From assembly GCA_951406725.2 (NCBI GenBank), contig OX597830.1, positions 65,472,001 to 65,536,000 of the forward strand: a DNA stretch of 64,000 nt, read 5' to 3'. Shown here one piece after another: positions 37,336 to 50,230 of the stretch. Position numbers and translations under genes: made by a program. Under the pieces are notes generated by a model that made no database searches, was not told the DNA's origin, and worked only from the letters and a program-made list of their open reading frames with translations. The DNA is from Octopus vulgaris (Eukaryota). Every line of letters begins with the position of its first letter. Position 1 is the stretch's first letter.

Positions 37336-38940
37336 GTTTAACCCTTTAGTGTTCAGATTACTCTGTTAAATGTAATACTTTTTCACTCAAATTGTTTTGA
37401 AAAATCAGGCATTATTTTATAGCTTTGAGGTTTCAATGATGTGATTGTTTATTTTTAGAATGTCAATGTAGATCTACTCTACTCTGTAAAGTTTGCTTTA
37501 GGAAGGACATAGAGGTGAGAAAACCATTCCAAGACAGATCTCGCCACTGCTGGTATCATGTTAAAACCACCTAGTCCACCTTGTAAAGTGGGGTTGGCAT
37601 TAGGAAGGGCATCCAGCTGTGAAAAACCATTCCAAGACAGACCTCGCCACTGCTGGTATCATGTTAAAACCACCTGGTTCACCCTGTAAAGTGGTTGGCA
37701 CTAGGAAGGGCATCCAACTGTGAAAACCATGCCAAAACAGACTGTGGAACTTGGTGCAAGTCTTCTGGCTTGCCACTTCTCGTCAAACCATCCAGCATGG
37801 AAGACATGTTAAATGATGGGTGGTGGTGGTGGTGGTGGTGGTGATGATGATGATGATGTGGTAAGCTAGCAAAATGGTTAACTCGTTAGCAGCTTGAACA
37901 AAATGCCTAGTTATGTTTCCCCTAATTCTTTATACATTCTGAGATTCTGAGTTCAATTACCACTGAGATCGACTTTGCCTTTTCGTCTTTCAAGTAGGGC
38001 AGGGGGACGATGAAATAAGATGAAATAAGTACCAGTCGAGCACTGGATCCATGTAATTGACTAAATACTTCCCCCCACCCCACCCCCCCCCCCCAAACTT
38101 CAGGCCTTGTGCCTATCTGTAGTAGAAAGGATTATTATCGTTGGGTTGACTGACGTGGTGATGATAATGATGACAGATAAAGTGGTGTTTCCTTTCTTTC
38201 CAGTTGCATATTTATATGTTACCATTGTTAATTACAGGAGATTATCTCTCCCTCCCTCCCTCCCTCCCCCCTCCCCCCCCCGTCTTTCTCCATTTGTTTT
38301 TGCTAGCCACCACCACCACCACCACCTCTGCCACCTCTCACTCAGATCTCCCTTCTGGGAGTATTGTCAGTCCCATGTGTAATCTCTGCTTGTTAAGTCA
38401 GCTGTTGAAATTTGGGATTAATTGTTTAAAGTGATACACGCTGCGGATTAAATACTTACCATCATCATCGTCATCAGCCGCAGCCAGTGTCCCCCACCAC
38501 CTCCACCTCCGCTACCAGCATCTCCAGCATCCCCTCTGCTGTCGCCATCGGTTTGACCGTGTGCAATTAATTTGGAATCTCTCAAGTTATTCCTTCAAAT
38601 TTTATTCATCGTTAGCAGATTAAGCTTGGGAATGTTAGCGATTTATTTATCTCTCTCTCTCTATCTCTCTCTCTTTCTCTCTTTTTCTCTCTCTTTCTCT
38701 CTCTCTTTCTCTTTCTCTCATGTATGTGTGCACACACATATTTATACACACATAAGCATGTGTATACATACTCATACACACACATACACAGAACAGAGAT
38801 ACTCATACAAAAGGAAAGCCAAAAATAGTGGCATGATGATCCAAATGCTTATTATTTTGTTTATCTCTCTATATATCTATTTGCCTGTTTGTCTGTACAT
38901 ATATGAGTGTGTGTGTGTGTGTGTATGTATATATATATTC

Positions 38941-39140
38941 ACTTTTACTCTTTTACTTGTTTCAGTCATTTGACTGCGGCCATGCTGGAGCACCGCCTTT
39001 AGTCGAGCAAATCGACCCCATGACTTATTCTTTGTAAGCTCAGTACTTATTCTATCAGTCTCTTTTGCCGAACCGCTAAGTTACGGGGACGTAAACACAC
39101 CAGCATCAGTTGTTAAGCGATGTTGGGGGTACAAACACAA

Positions 39141-39180
<40 letters not shown>

Positions 39181-39600
39181 GTAGGCGGCGAGCTGGCAGA
39201 GACGTTAGCATGCCGGAAGAAGTGCTTCACGGTATTTCGCCCGTCGCTACGTTCTGAGTTCAAATTCCGCCGAGGTCAACTTTGCCTTTCATCCTTTCGG
39301 GGTCGATAAATTAAGTACCAGTTACGCACTGGGGTCGATGTAATCGACTTAATCCGTTTGTCTGTCCTTGTTTGTCCCCTCTATGTTTAGCCCCTTGTGG
39401 GTAGTAAAGAAACATATATATATACATATATACGATGGGCTTCTTTCAGTTTCCGTCTACCAAATCCACTCACAAAGCTTTGGTCAGCTCGAGGCTATAG
39501 TAGAAGACACTTGCCCAAGTTGCCACACAGTTGGATTGAACCCGGAACCATGTGGTTGGTAAGCAAGCTACTTACCACACTGTCACTCCTACGCCTATAT
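38941..39600 (-). mobile_element. SINE A with a young SINE B (39183-39412, plus strand) in its internal (TA)n
   Basis: Both closely match other young copies in the window. Confidence 0.9.
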
Positions 39601-39954
39601 ATATATGTATATCATCATCATTGTTTAACAACTGCCTTTCATGCTGGCATGGTTTGGACAGTTAGACGGGAGCTGGCCAGGCAGGAGACTGCACCAGACT
39701 TCTGTACCTGTTTTGGCATGGCTTTTATGGCTGGATGCCCTTCCTAACACCAATCACTCAGCAGAGGGGACTTAGTGCTTTTTACATGGCACAAGCACAG
39801 GCAAGGTCAGCTTTGGCATGATTTTTTACAGCTAGATGCCCTTCAAAACATCAACCACTTTAGAGTGAGGACTTTTTATGTGGCACCAACACTGGTAGGG
39901 TCACCAAGTAACTTGCAAGACAAAGATCATATATATATATATATATATATATAT

Positions 39955-40430
39955 ACGATGGTTGTCCACTCGTGATCAAGGAAGACCATTGCTGACCTTC
40001 AGGAACATTGTGTGCTCTAGAACTAACTTATATTTTGCATTTGCGGCTCCGTTGGTGGCTAGTGAGTCCTGCTCTTGACAAGCATACATGAATGCAAACA
40101 TTGCAGACCAAGCTTTCTCCATTCACTACACCAGCTGTGCACTTTTGCGCAGCACACTTAAGTTCTTCATGCTGAATACGTGCTCTCTCAAAAGTGTTCA
40201 TCCCCTCCTTAACCTGCTTCCTCCATCTGTGTCAATGACAGGCATTGTTCTCCCAGTCAGTGTCCTGCACATCACAGGCCTTTAATGAGGACTTGGCACA
40301 GTACTTAAATCGCAGTCTTGGTTTCTGCTGGGGTCTCTTTCCATTCACAAGTTCTCCATATAGCATCTGCTTAGGGATTCTGCTATCCTTCATTTTAATA
40401 AAGTGTCCAGTCCAATGTAACTGGACATCT
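39955..40430 (-). mobile_element. RTE-clade LINE 3' fragment with C-terminal CCHH-like finger, between (TA)n tracts
   Basis: QLHWTGHFIKMKDSRIPKQMLYGELVNGKRPQQKPRLRFKYCAK...LVCNVCIHVCLSRAGLTSHQRS. Confidence 0.9.
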
Positions 40431-40442
40431 TATTAGAATATA

Positions 40443-40514
<72 letters not shown>

Positions 40515-40942
40515 CACACACACACACACACATACATACGGAGGACAGTCATATTATGTGGCTAAAGATAGTGGTATGCAGGTCTTAATAACCAACAGTA
40601 TTTGGCATTCTACTTGTGCCAGCCTTGAGTTATATTATCATTCTAGTGTCTCCAATGTTATCATTAGTCATACAGTCATAACATAAGATCGATTCAGTCA
40701 ACTATTTCACTTTTTCCCTATATCAGTTTGTGGGTTTTGGCTCCAATGTGAGAAATCAATATTTAGTATTGGTCACGTGGGCCAGACTGCTAGTCCTCTT
40801 TTTGCATCTGACCGTGGTCACTGCTACATTGATATTCTTCCCTGTGTTTGCGAAAGTTCTGTATCTCTGCTGTAAGGCTTCATCTCCACACGCCAGCTGA
40901 ATTCAATTCATCCCTAGTCGAAAGACACCTGTTGTTATGTCC

Positions 40943-40997
<55 letters not shown>

Positions 40998-42634
40998 ATA
41001 TTTTTGCATTTATATTTGTGCAATATTGTCTGGTTTTCCGTCCTTGTTTTCGTATACATTCGATGATTTCTTCCAAGGAATCTAATGCTCTTAGCTTTGT
41101 CTTTCTTTGGGGCTGGCCAGATTGGAGCAATCTCAAGATTAATCAGACAAACTTGCGGGGATGATCCGGTTCTTGACTGAGGATAAAAAGCTTCGAACGA
41201 CCCATTCTTGTTTTTTTGTATCATCTATCTGGATGTTTTGTTGTCCCTTTTGTATCACCTTGTTGTCCTGATGTTTTGCGTTCTTGTCCCATTTTGTATT
41301 TTATATATATATATAGCAGCGTATGTACACTTTGTTCTCTTATATGTGTATATATATATATATGTATGTATGTATATATCTATGTGTTTGTGTTTGCTTG
41401 CTACCTCTGCTTGACAACCAATGTTAGTTTATTTATGTTCTTGTACTTGACAGTTCAGCAAAAGACATCAATAAAATTAATAGTAGGCTTAAAAAAAATA
41501 CTGAGGTTAATTTATTTTTTAGCAAACCCTTTAGGCTGTTCCCTCAGCATGGCTGCAGTCCAATGACCAAAACAAATTAAAGATAGATGATATTGTGACT
41601 AACCCCTTAATCTGATATGGGACCATCAATGAGCTGTGGGTACTGCATATTTACTTCACAATAACTATTTGTCACCTTGGCCAAATGTCTTCTACTATAG
41701 CCTCAGGCTAACCAAAGCCTTGTGAATGGATTTGGCAGATGGAAACTGAAAGAAGCCTGTTGTATACATGTGTGTGTGTGTGTCTTTGTGTCTGTGTTTG
41801 TCCCCCACCACCACTCAACAACCAGTGTTGGTGTGTTTACATCCCTGTAATGTAGCAGTTAGGCGAAAGGGACCGATAGGATAAGTACCAGGCTTTAAAA
41901 AATAATCCCTGGGGTCGATTTGTTCGACTAAATAAAACCCTTTAAGGCCATGCCCCAGCATGGCCACTGTCAAGTGACGGAAGCAAGTAAAAGATAAAAA
42001 GAAAAGTTGGTTTCAAATTTCAGAGGAGGAGGATAAGCCAATTACATTGCTCCCCCAGCACTCAGCTGGTGTTGTTTTATCGACCCCAAAAGAACGAGAG
42101 GCAATGTCGACCTCAGCAGAATTTGAACTTAGAATGTAAAGATGGGCGAAATGCGCCAAGCATTTTACCCAGCGTGCTAACACTTCCTCCGGCTTGCCAC
42201 CCTTAGTTAAAGAAATATGCAGGCCTATATCTATGTCTATGTACTGTAAAAGAGATTAACTAACTGATAATAAGATTTATTTGTAGTGTGATAGTAGCTA
42301 ATATTGTTGTTGTTGCTGTTGTTGTTGTTATTTTGCTCAAGGTCAGTTCTGATCAAGCAGACTTATGTTTGATCAGATGTGGTCCAGCCTTGATCTTCTT
42401 GTAATTTTTTTTCAGCCAGTGTATTTAGTATCTAAATCTAGAACTATGCTGTACAATGTGTCTTTTTCTGGTTTTTCTTTTTTTTTTTTTTTTTGGAAGA
42501 GATGACATGATGTGATATAAGGAAAAAATTTTAGCTGTTACTTCTTTCATAGCGCTTACTTGTTCACATGCTTGCTACCATGGGTTGTGGTGATTGATCA
42601 CTTCTTCATAATAGGCTTTTACAAAAAGAGCATT

Positions 42635-42662
42635 CACACACACACACATACACACACATGTA

Positions 42663-42706
<44 letters not shown>

Positions 42707-43009
42707 AAGTATATATATAATTATATATATGTGTGTATGTATGTATATATGTGTGTGTGTGAAGGTATATATGTAAGTACATGTGTGTGTGTCTGTGTAT
42801 GTGTGTATATATATATATATATAAGTATATATATAATTATATATATGTGTGTATGTATGTATATATGTGTGTGTGTGAAGGTATATATGTAAGTACATGT
42901 GTGTGTGTGTGTATATGTATATATATATATATATATATAAGTATATATATAATTATATATATGCATATATTTATATGTATATATGTGTGTGTATATATAT
43001 GTAAGTACA

Positions 43010-43040
<31 letters not shown>

Positions 43041-43474
43041 AGTTGGCTTAATAGAGAATCATGCGAACACACAATTACCATGACTCAGTTTTGTCCTTCA
43101 CACGAAATCTTGTGTCAGGGCAACCATTTGTTCATATGATTGTCATTAAACTATATCGTAACAAACTTTCTATACAGAACCACAACAGATTACACACACA
43201 CACACACATATGTAAGCATGTGTATGTATGTACGCAGGTGTGTGTGTGTGTACATGTGTGTATGTGTGCATTTATGTATATATATATATATATATATATA
43301 ACTAAATTCTACAAAATATATTCATACATACATACATGCATACATAAATATATACATACACACACACACATATATGTATATATATGTATATATATTGTGT
43401 ATATATATGTATATGTATATATATGTATATGTATATATATGTATATGTATATATGTATATGTTTATATATATGT

Positions 43475-43506
<32 letters not shown>

Positions 43507-43546
43507 CATGTATGTATGTATGAATACATTTTGTAGAATTTAGTTA
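42635..43546. repeat. Higher-order compound microsatellite (about three copies of a ~115-bp unit) plus an inverted duplication
   Basis: Recurrent landmarks aagtatatatataattatatat and gaaggtatatatgtaagtacatg. Confidence 0.85.
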
Positions 43547-43931
43547 CATTAAAAGCTAACATCTGCCATGAATTCATAGTCGTTTTATGGGTCCAACGCT
43601 AAAGTGTATAATGTTTAGGAAATGAGTCAGATGTGTCTCAGCTATGTAAAGTGAAGAAATCTTCACCCACTTTTCCGTGTTTGTAAGGGTCAAACGGGAT
43701 TGGCTGGGGTAGAATTTCGACAGCTGGATGCTGTTCCTGTTCCATATTTTACCAGACAACTAGAAATAAATGACAATGCTTAAACATGGTGATGCTTGCT
43801 ACCAATCACTATGCGATGTCAGAAGTACACACACGGATATATATATAAGTGTGTGTGTGTTTGATCTGTGTTTGTCTCCCACCACCACTCGAATGATTAG
43901 GAAACAGGGTTCTCGTTTAATGAATCAACAT

Positions 43932-44141
43932 TTATTCTTTTATTCATTTACTTGTTTCACTCGTTTGACTGTTGCCATGCTGGAGCACCACCTTTAGTCA
44001 GGCATATCGACCCCAGGACTTATTCTTTGTAAGCCTAGTACTTATTCTATTGGTCTCTTTTGCCGAACCACTAAGTTACAGGGACGTAAACACAACCAGT
44101 GGTTGTCAAGCAATGTTGGGAAGACAAACACAGACACACAA

Positions 44142-44186
<45 letters not shown>

Positions 44187-44352
44187 CATATATACGATGG
44201 GCTTCTTTCAGTTTCCGTCTACCAAATCCACTCACAAGGCTTTGGTCGGCCCGAGGCTATAGTAGAAGACACTTGCCCAAGGTGCCACGCAGTGGGACTG
44301 AACCCAGAACCATGTGGTTGGTAAACAAGCTACTTACCACACAGCCACTCCT
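43932..44352 (-). mobile_element. SINE A, full copy
   Basis: Reverse match to 46058-46470. Confidence 0.9.
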
Positions 44353-44824
44353 GTTAGTTCTATCAGCATTGGCCCAGGGCTATACAACAACAACAACATC
44401 ATTAAATGTCAGCACAAGACAATACATAAAGATTTCTAACATTAAAAATAATATCTTACATTGATACAAGGCTTTGTGTTTCAGGGGTAGGGGCGAGGTA
44501 CATGTAGTTGATTAGATCGGCCACCCTCCACCACTAACTCTGGTATCTATATTTATTTTATTTAGATCACAATTAGTGCACAATAGCTTCAGTAGTTATA
44601 AGGCTTTTAGCTCACCAATTACTAGAGTTTACTGCATTTCTGACAACAGTGAGAAAGACAAGGGAGTGTCTGTGTAACTTAGGTGCAGAATAAATAGCAA
44701 ACGGGATTTTGTTTGACAAGCACTGGTTTGTCAGTTTTCTTCTGCCTGTTGTTTACATTCTTTGCTAAGAAACATTGGCAAATGATACATATGTATATAT
44801 ATAGGTGTGTGTGTAATGTATATA

Positions 44825-45155
44825 TCATCATCATCATCATCATCATCATCGTTTAACGTCCGTTCTCCATGCTAGCATGGGTTGGACGGTTCGACTGGGG
44901 ATCTGGGAAGCCAGAAGGCTGCACCAGGCTCCGGTCTTATCTGGCAAAGTTTCTACAGCTGGATGCCCTTCCTAACGCCAACCACTCCGAGAGTGTAGTG
45001 GGTGCTTTTTACGTGGCACCTGCACTGGTGCCAGGCGAGGCTGGCATCGGCCACGGTCGGATTGGTGCATTTTACGTGCCACCTGCACGGAAGCCAGTCG
45101 AGGCAGCACTGGCTTCGGCCACGATTCGGATGGTGCTTTTTACGTGCCACCGACA
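44825..45155 (-). mobile_element. Repeat C, three units
   Basis: (CAT)n end plus conserved body. Confidence 0.9.
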
Positions 45156-45502
45156 CATATGTATATATTTAAATTCTGGGTGCAGCTATGACTGTGTGGC
45201 CGAGAAGCTCGCAGCCCAAGCATTTGGTTCCAGTTTCAGTCCCGCTGTGTAGCATCTTGGGCCAGGGTCTTCTTCTACTATTACCCTGAGCCAACCAAAA
45301 CCTTGTGAGTTGTTTTAATACATATATATGTATGTATGAATATATATATATGTATATATATATGTATGTATGAATATATATATAGATGTATGTATATATA
45401 AATATATTTGTATGTATATACATATATGTATGTATGTATATGCATATGTATGTATGTATATACATATATGTATGTTTGTATGTATGTATGTATGTATGTA
45501 TG

Positions 45503-45533
<31 letters not shown>

Positions 45534-46057
45534 GCATCCAGGCATATGCGTTTGTGTGTTTAAGAATTGTTGTCTCTTTGTCTAACTTGTGCAAGCATGG
45601 AAAAACAAATGTTGAAATAATGATGAAGATGATGATGATGATGATTAGGATGATGATGACTTAATCAGAGTAGGAAGAGCAACACTTGCAACTTTTTCAC
45701 AGTGTCTCTGTGATTGGAGGAAGGAAAAACCAGAAAACCCACTCTAAAAGCTTGGAGTGGAGCCTGCAAAAAAAGCACCTGTGAGCTAAGTGGTCATATT
45801 AAACCAGGTGACAGATTAAGTCAACTCTCAGCTAAGCCCGCCCCAAATACATCGTCTTTAGACATTAATCTAATTACTTTCTGATTACCCAACACTGTTA
45901 GGTTGTCATCTGACAGACAGACTTGTTGCATGAAGTAAGTGGCAGAGGTGGTGAAGCTTATGGTGATAGAGATGGTTATTGTATTGGCAGTGGTGGTGGA
46001 AATGTTAAAGTGTTAAAAGTTAGCTGTGGCTGGATTTTTGAAATCCATTGCTCAAGT

Positions 46058-46470
46058 AGGCACGGGAGTGGCTGTGTGGTAAGTAGCTTGCTAACCAACC
46101 ACATGGTTCCGGATTCAGTCCCACTGCGTGGCATCTTGGGCAAGTGTCTTCTGCTATAGCCTCGGGCCGACCAAAGCCTTGTGAGTGGATTTGGTAGATG
46201 GAAACTGAAAGAAGCCTGTCGTATATATGTATATATATATATGTGTGTGTGTGTTTGTGTGTCTGTGTTTGTCCCCCTAGCATTGCTTGACAACTGATGC
46301 TGGTGTATTTACGTCCCCGTCACTTAGCGGTTCGGCAAAAGAGACCGATAGAATAAGTACTGGGCTTACAAAGAATAAGTCCCGGGGTCGATTTGCTCGA
46401 CTAAAGGCGGTGCTCCAGCATGGCCGCAGTCAAATGACTGAAACAAGTAAAAGAGTAAAAGAGTAAAGAG
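46058..46470 (+). mobile_element. SINE family A reference copy (tRNA-like head, internal TA/TG microsatellite, (gagtaaaa)n tail)
   Basis: A box tggctgtgtggt, B box ggattcagtccc; more than 20 copies or fragments in the window. It probably corresponds to one of the published octopus SINEs (OK/OR1/OR2), but I cannot say which. Confidence 0.92.
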
Positions 46471-46727
46471 TAAGTTCTCAGAGCTGTCTGTCAAATATGA
46501 AGGTTGGTAGCAAGGTAAAAATACACCTACGCTGGTGCCATGTAAAAAGCACCTGTGCTGGTGCCACATTAGAAGCACTTGTGTTTGCACCCCATGAAAA
46601 GCACCCAGTACACTCTTTAAAATGCTTGGTGTTAGGAAGGGCCTCCAGCCGTAAAAACCATGTCAAAACAGACAGTGAAGTCTGGTGCAGGTTTCTGGGT
46701 TGCCAGCTCCTGTCAAACCATCTAACC

Positions 46728-46946
46728 CAGTGGTTTTCAACCAGGGTTCCGCGGACCCTTAGGGTTCTGCCAGTTCAGTCCAGGGGTTCTGCAAGAAGTT
46801 ACAAAAATGCTAAAATCGACAGTAACTTTTAATTCTCTTGTGCCATTATGTGTGCATAAGACAATTAAATTATTGCACAGGGGTTCCTCGAGCCAGTGAA
46901 ATGTTTTCTTGGGGTTCCGCTCCAGCAAAAAGGTTGAAAAGCACTG
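46728..46946. mobile_element. hAT MITE inserted in a repeat-C variant
   Basis: TIRs cagtggttttcaacc / ggttgaaaagcactg; perfect 8-bp TSD atctaacc. Confidence 0.92.
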
Positions 46947-46980
46947 ATCTAACCAATGCCAACATGGAAAACAAACATCA

Positions 46981-48514
46981 TTAACCCTTGAACATTCAGA
47001 TTACTCTGTTAAATTTAATACTTTGTAATTCACATAGGTGCAGGCGTGGCTGTGTGGTAAGAAGTTTACTTCCCTACCACATGACTCTGGGTTCAGTCCC
47101 ACTGTGTGACACCTTGGGAAAGTGTCTTCAACTATAGCCTCAGGCTGACCAAAGCCTTGTGAGTGGATTTGGTAGATGGAAACTGAAAGAAGCCTGGTGA
47201 GTTTGAACATAAAACTGGTAGAATATTCTTTTCTACCCTAGGCATAAGGCCTGAAATTTGGGGGGAGCGGGGCCAGCTTAGATCGACCTCAGTATGCAAC
47301 TGGTACTTAAAAAAGCCTTGTGAGTGGATTTGGTAGACGGAAACTGAAAGAAGCCTGTCGTATATATGTATATATATATATATATGCGTGTGTGTCTGTG
47401 TTTGTCCCCCTAGCATTGCTTGACAACCGATGCTGGTGTGTTTATGTCCCCGTTACTTAGCGGTTCGGCAAAAGAGACCGATAGGATAAGTACTGGGCTT
47501 ACAAAAGAATAAGTCCCGGGGTCGAGTTGCTCGATTAAAGGCGGTGCTCCAGCATGGCCGCAGTCAAATGACTGAAACAAGTAAAAGAGTAAAAGAGAGT
47601 AAAAGAGTATATATATATCATCATTTAATGTCCACCTTCCATGCTGGCATGGTATATATCTATGTGTGTGCGTCTTTGTGTCTGTTTGTCCCCTCGTCAC
47701 TACCTGACCACTGGTGTTGGTGTGTTTACATCGCTGTTACTTAGTGATTCAGCAAAAGAGACCAATAGAATAAGTACTAGGCTTTAAAAGAAATAAGTCC
47801 TAGGGTCAATTTGTTCAACTAAAACCCTTCAAGGTGGTGCTCCAGCATGGCCACGGTCAAATGACTGAAACAAGTAAAAGAATAAAAGAATAGTTTTGAC
47901 TTAATCATTTAGTATCTTGCAACTTTGAGATTTCAGTGAGGTGGTTGTATATTTTTAGAATGGCATTGTAGGATAGGTACAAGAGGCCAGATCTGGTGAG
48001 TTTGAACATAAAACTGTTAGAATATTCTTTTCTACTCTAGGCACAAGGCCTCAAAATTTTTGGGGAGGGTGCCAGCTGATTAGATTGACCCCAGTACACA
48101 ACTGGTACTTAATTTATCGACCCCAAAAGGACAAAAGGCAAAGTTGACCATAGCGAAATTTGAACTCAGAACATAAAAACTGATGAAATACCACTAAGCA
48201 TTTCACTCAGTGTGCTAATGTTTCTCATTTCTTTATTACCCACAAGGGGCTAAACACAGAGGGGACAAATAAGGACAGACAAGGGGGTTAAGTCAATTAC
48301 ATCGACCCCAGTGCGTAACTGGTACTTAATTTATTGACCCCCAAAAGGATGAAAGGCAAAGTCTACCTCAGCGGAATTTGAAATCAGAACATAACGGCAG
48401 ACAAAATACCGCTAAGCATTTTGCCCGGCGTGCTAACGTTTCTGCCAGCTTGCCGCCTTAAAACTGGTAGAATATTCAGGTCAGATATGGTCGGTTTAAA
48501 TGCTAAACGGTTAA
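46981..48514 (+). mobile_element. piggyBac-like MITE F expanded by nested SINE A copies (47035-47892) and a SINE B dimer (48028-48458)
   Basis: Ends ttaacccttgaacatt ... aatgctaaacggttaa; the B dimer is flanked by the repeat taaaactg(g/t)tagaatattc. Confidence 0.75.
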
Positions 48515-48664
48515 GTGATGATGATGATGATGTAGAAAAAAAGAGTAACTGTTTCTGACTTGTAAAAATATCTTTATCTACTGATTGACACATGGTATGA
48601 GAAGACTTGAGATGATTAATGTTTCAATAACAAGGTCCAAGAACATTATTTGCATTATTTACAT

Positions 48665-49022
48665 CTGGCCGATGCCAGCGCCACCCCGACTGGCTTCTGT
48701 GCCGTTGGCACATAAAAAGCACCATCCGAACGTGGCCGTTGCCAGCGCTGCCTTGGCTGGCTCCTGTGCCGGTGGCACGTTAAAAGCTCCTACTGATCGT
48801 GGCCAATGCCGGACCCCCCTGGCACCTGTGCAGGTGGCACGTAAAAAGCACCCACTACACTCGTGGAGTGTTTGGCATTAGGAAGGGCATCCAGCTGTAG
48901 AAACTCTGCCAGATCAGACTGGAGCCTGGTGCAGCCCTTGGCTTCCCAGACCCCGGTCGAACCGTCCAACCCGTGCTAGCACTGAAAACGAACGTTAAAC
49001 GATGATGATGATGATGATGATG
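48665..49022 (+). mobile_element. Repeat C, three units
   Basis: Near-identical to 7000-7360. Confidence 0.9.
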
Positions 49023-49131
49023 ACGGATATTTGTCCTTATATTGTTTGTTGTTAACACAGCGTTTCGGCTGATATACCCTCCAGCCGAAATGTTGTGTCA
49101 ACGACAAACAAGATGAGGACAAATATCCATC
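49022..49131. repeat. 50-bp-arm inverted repeat with 10-nt loop
   Basis: gacggatatttgtcc...tttcggctg-atataccctc-cagccgaaa...ggacaaatatccatc. Confidence 0.9.
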
Positions 49132-49414
49132 AAATGTAAATAATGTAAATAATTCCTCATCTCATAAAGGTCCAAGAAGTCATACTGGGTTACATTATAC
49201 TGTGTTCCTGTTCTTTAAGAAAGTAAGGAGTTATCTGGCTCTGATTTCACTCTGATTTCAAATCCTGCCAATAGAATAAAGTTCAAATTTTAAAAATATG
49301 CACTAAGGTTGATTTCTTCAAGCAAAACCTCTTCATGACTGTGCTCCAGCATGGCCACAGTTCAATGACTGAAACAAGTAAAAGATAAAAGATAAAAGAT
49401 GACTTAATATATTC

Positions 49415-49554
49415 TTTTATTCTTTTTACTTGTTTAAGTCATGCTGGAGCACCATCTTAAAGGATTTTTAGTCTAATACTTATTTTATCGTTCCCTTTTA
49501 CTGAACTGCTTAGTTATGGGGACATAAACATTGGTTGTCAAGCAATAGTGGGGA

Positions 49555-49601
<47 letters not shown>

Positions 49602-49614
49602 GCACGCACGCATG

Positions 49615-49664
<50 letters not shown>

Positions 49665-50230
49665 AATACATATACCACATGGTTCCAGGTTCAGTCCCAC
49701 TGCATGGCACCTTGGGCAAGTGTTTTCTACTATAGCCTTGGTCTGACAAAAGCCTTGTGAGTGGATTTTGTAGAGGGATACTGAAAGAAGTCCTTCCATG
49801 CCAGCATGGACAACAGATGTTAAATGATGATGATGATGACATGTGTGTGTGTGTGTGTATGATGGACTTCTTTCCATTCCTGTCCACCAAATACAGTCAC
49901 AAGGTTTTGGTTGACCCAAGGCTATAGAAGAAGACACTTGCCCAAGATGTCAGACAGTGGGACTGAACCCAGAACCATGTGGTTGGGAAGCAAGCTTCTT
50001 ATTTCTTTATTGCTCTCAAGGAGCTAAACATAGAGGGGACAAACAAGGACAGGCAAATGGATTAAGTTGATTACATCAACCTCAGTGCGCAACTGGTACT
50101 TAATTTATCGACCCCGAAAGGATGAAAGGCAAAGTCACCTCAGTTGAATTTGAACTCAGAAAGCAAGTTTCTCAGAACTCAGAAAGCAAGCTGGAAGCAA
50201 GCTTCTTACTACACAGCCATGCCTGTGCCT
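49415..50230 (-). mobile_element. SINE A carrying an inverted insertion (49674-49842) and a truncated SINE B (50002-50160)
   Basis: TSD ggaagcaagcttctta at 49986-50001 and 50193-50208. Confidence 0.8.
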
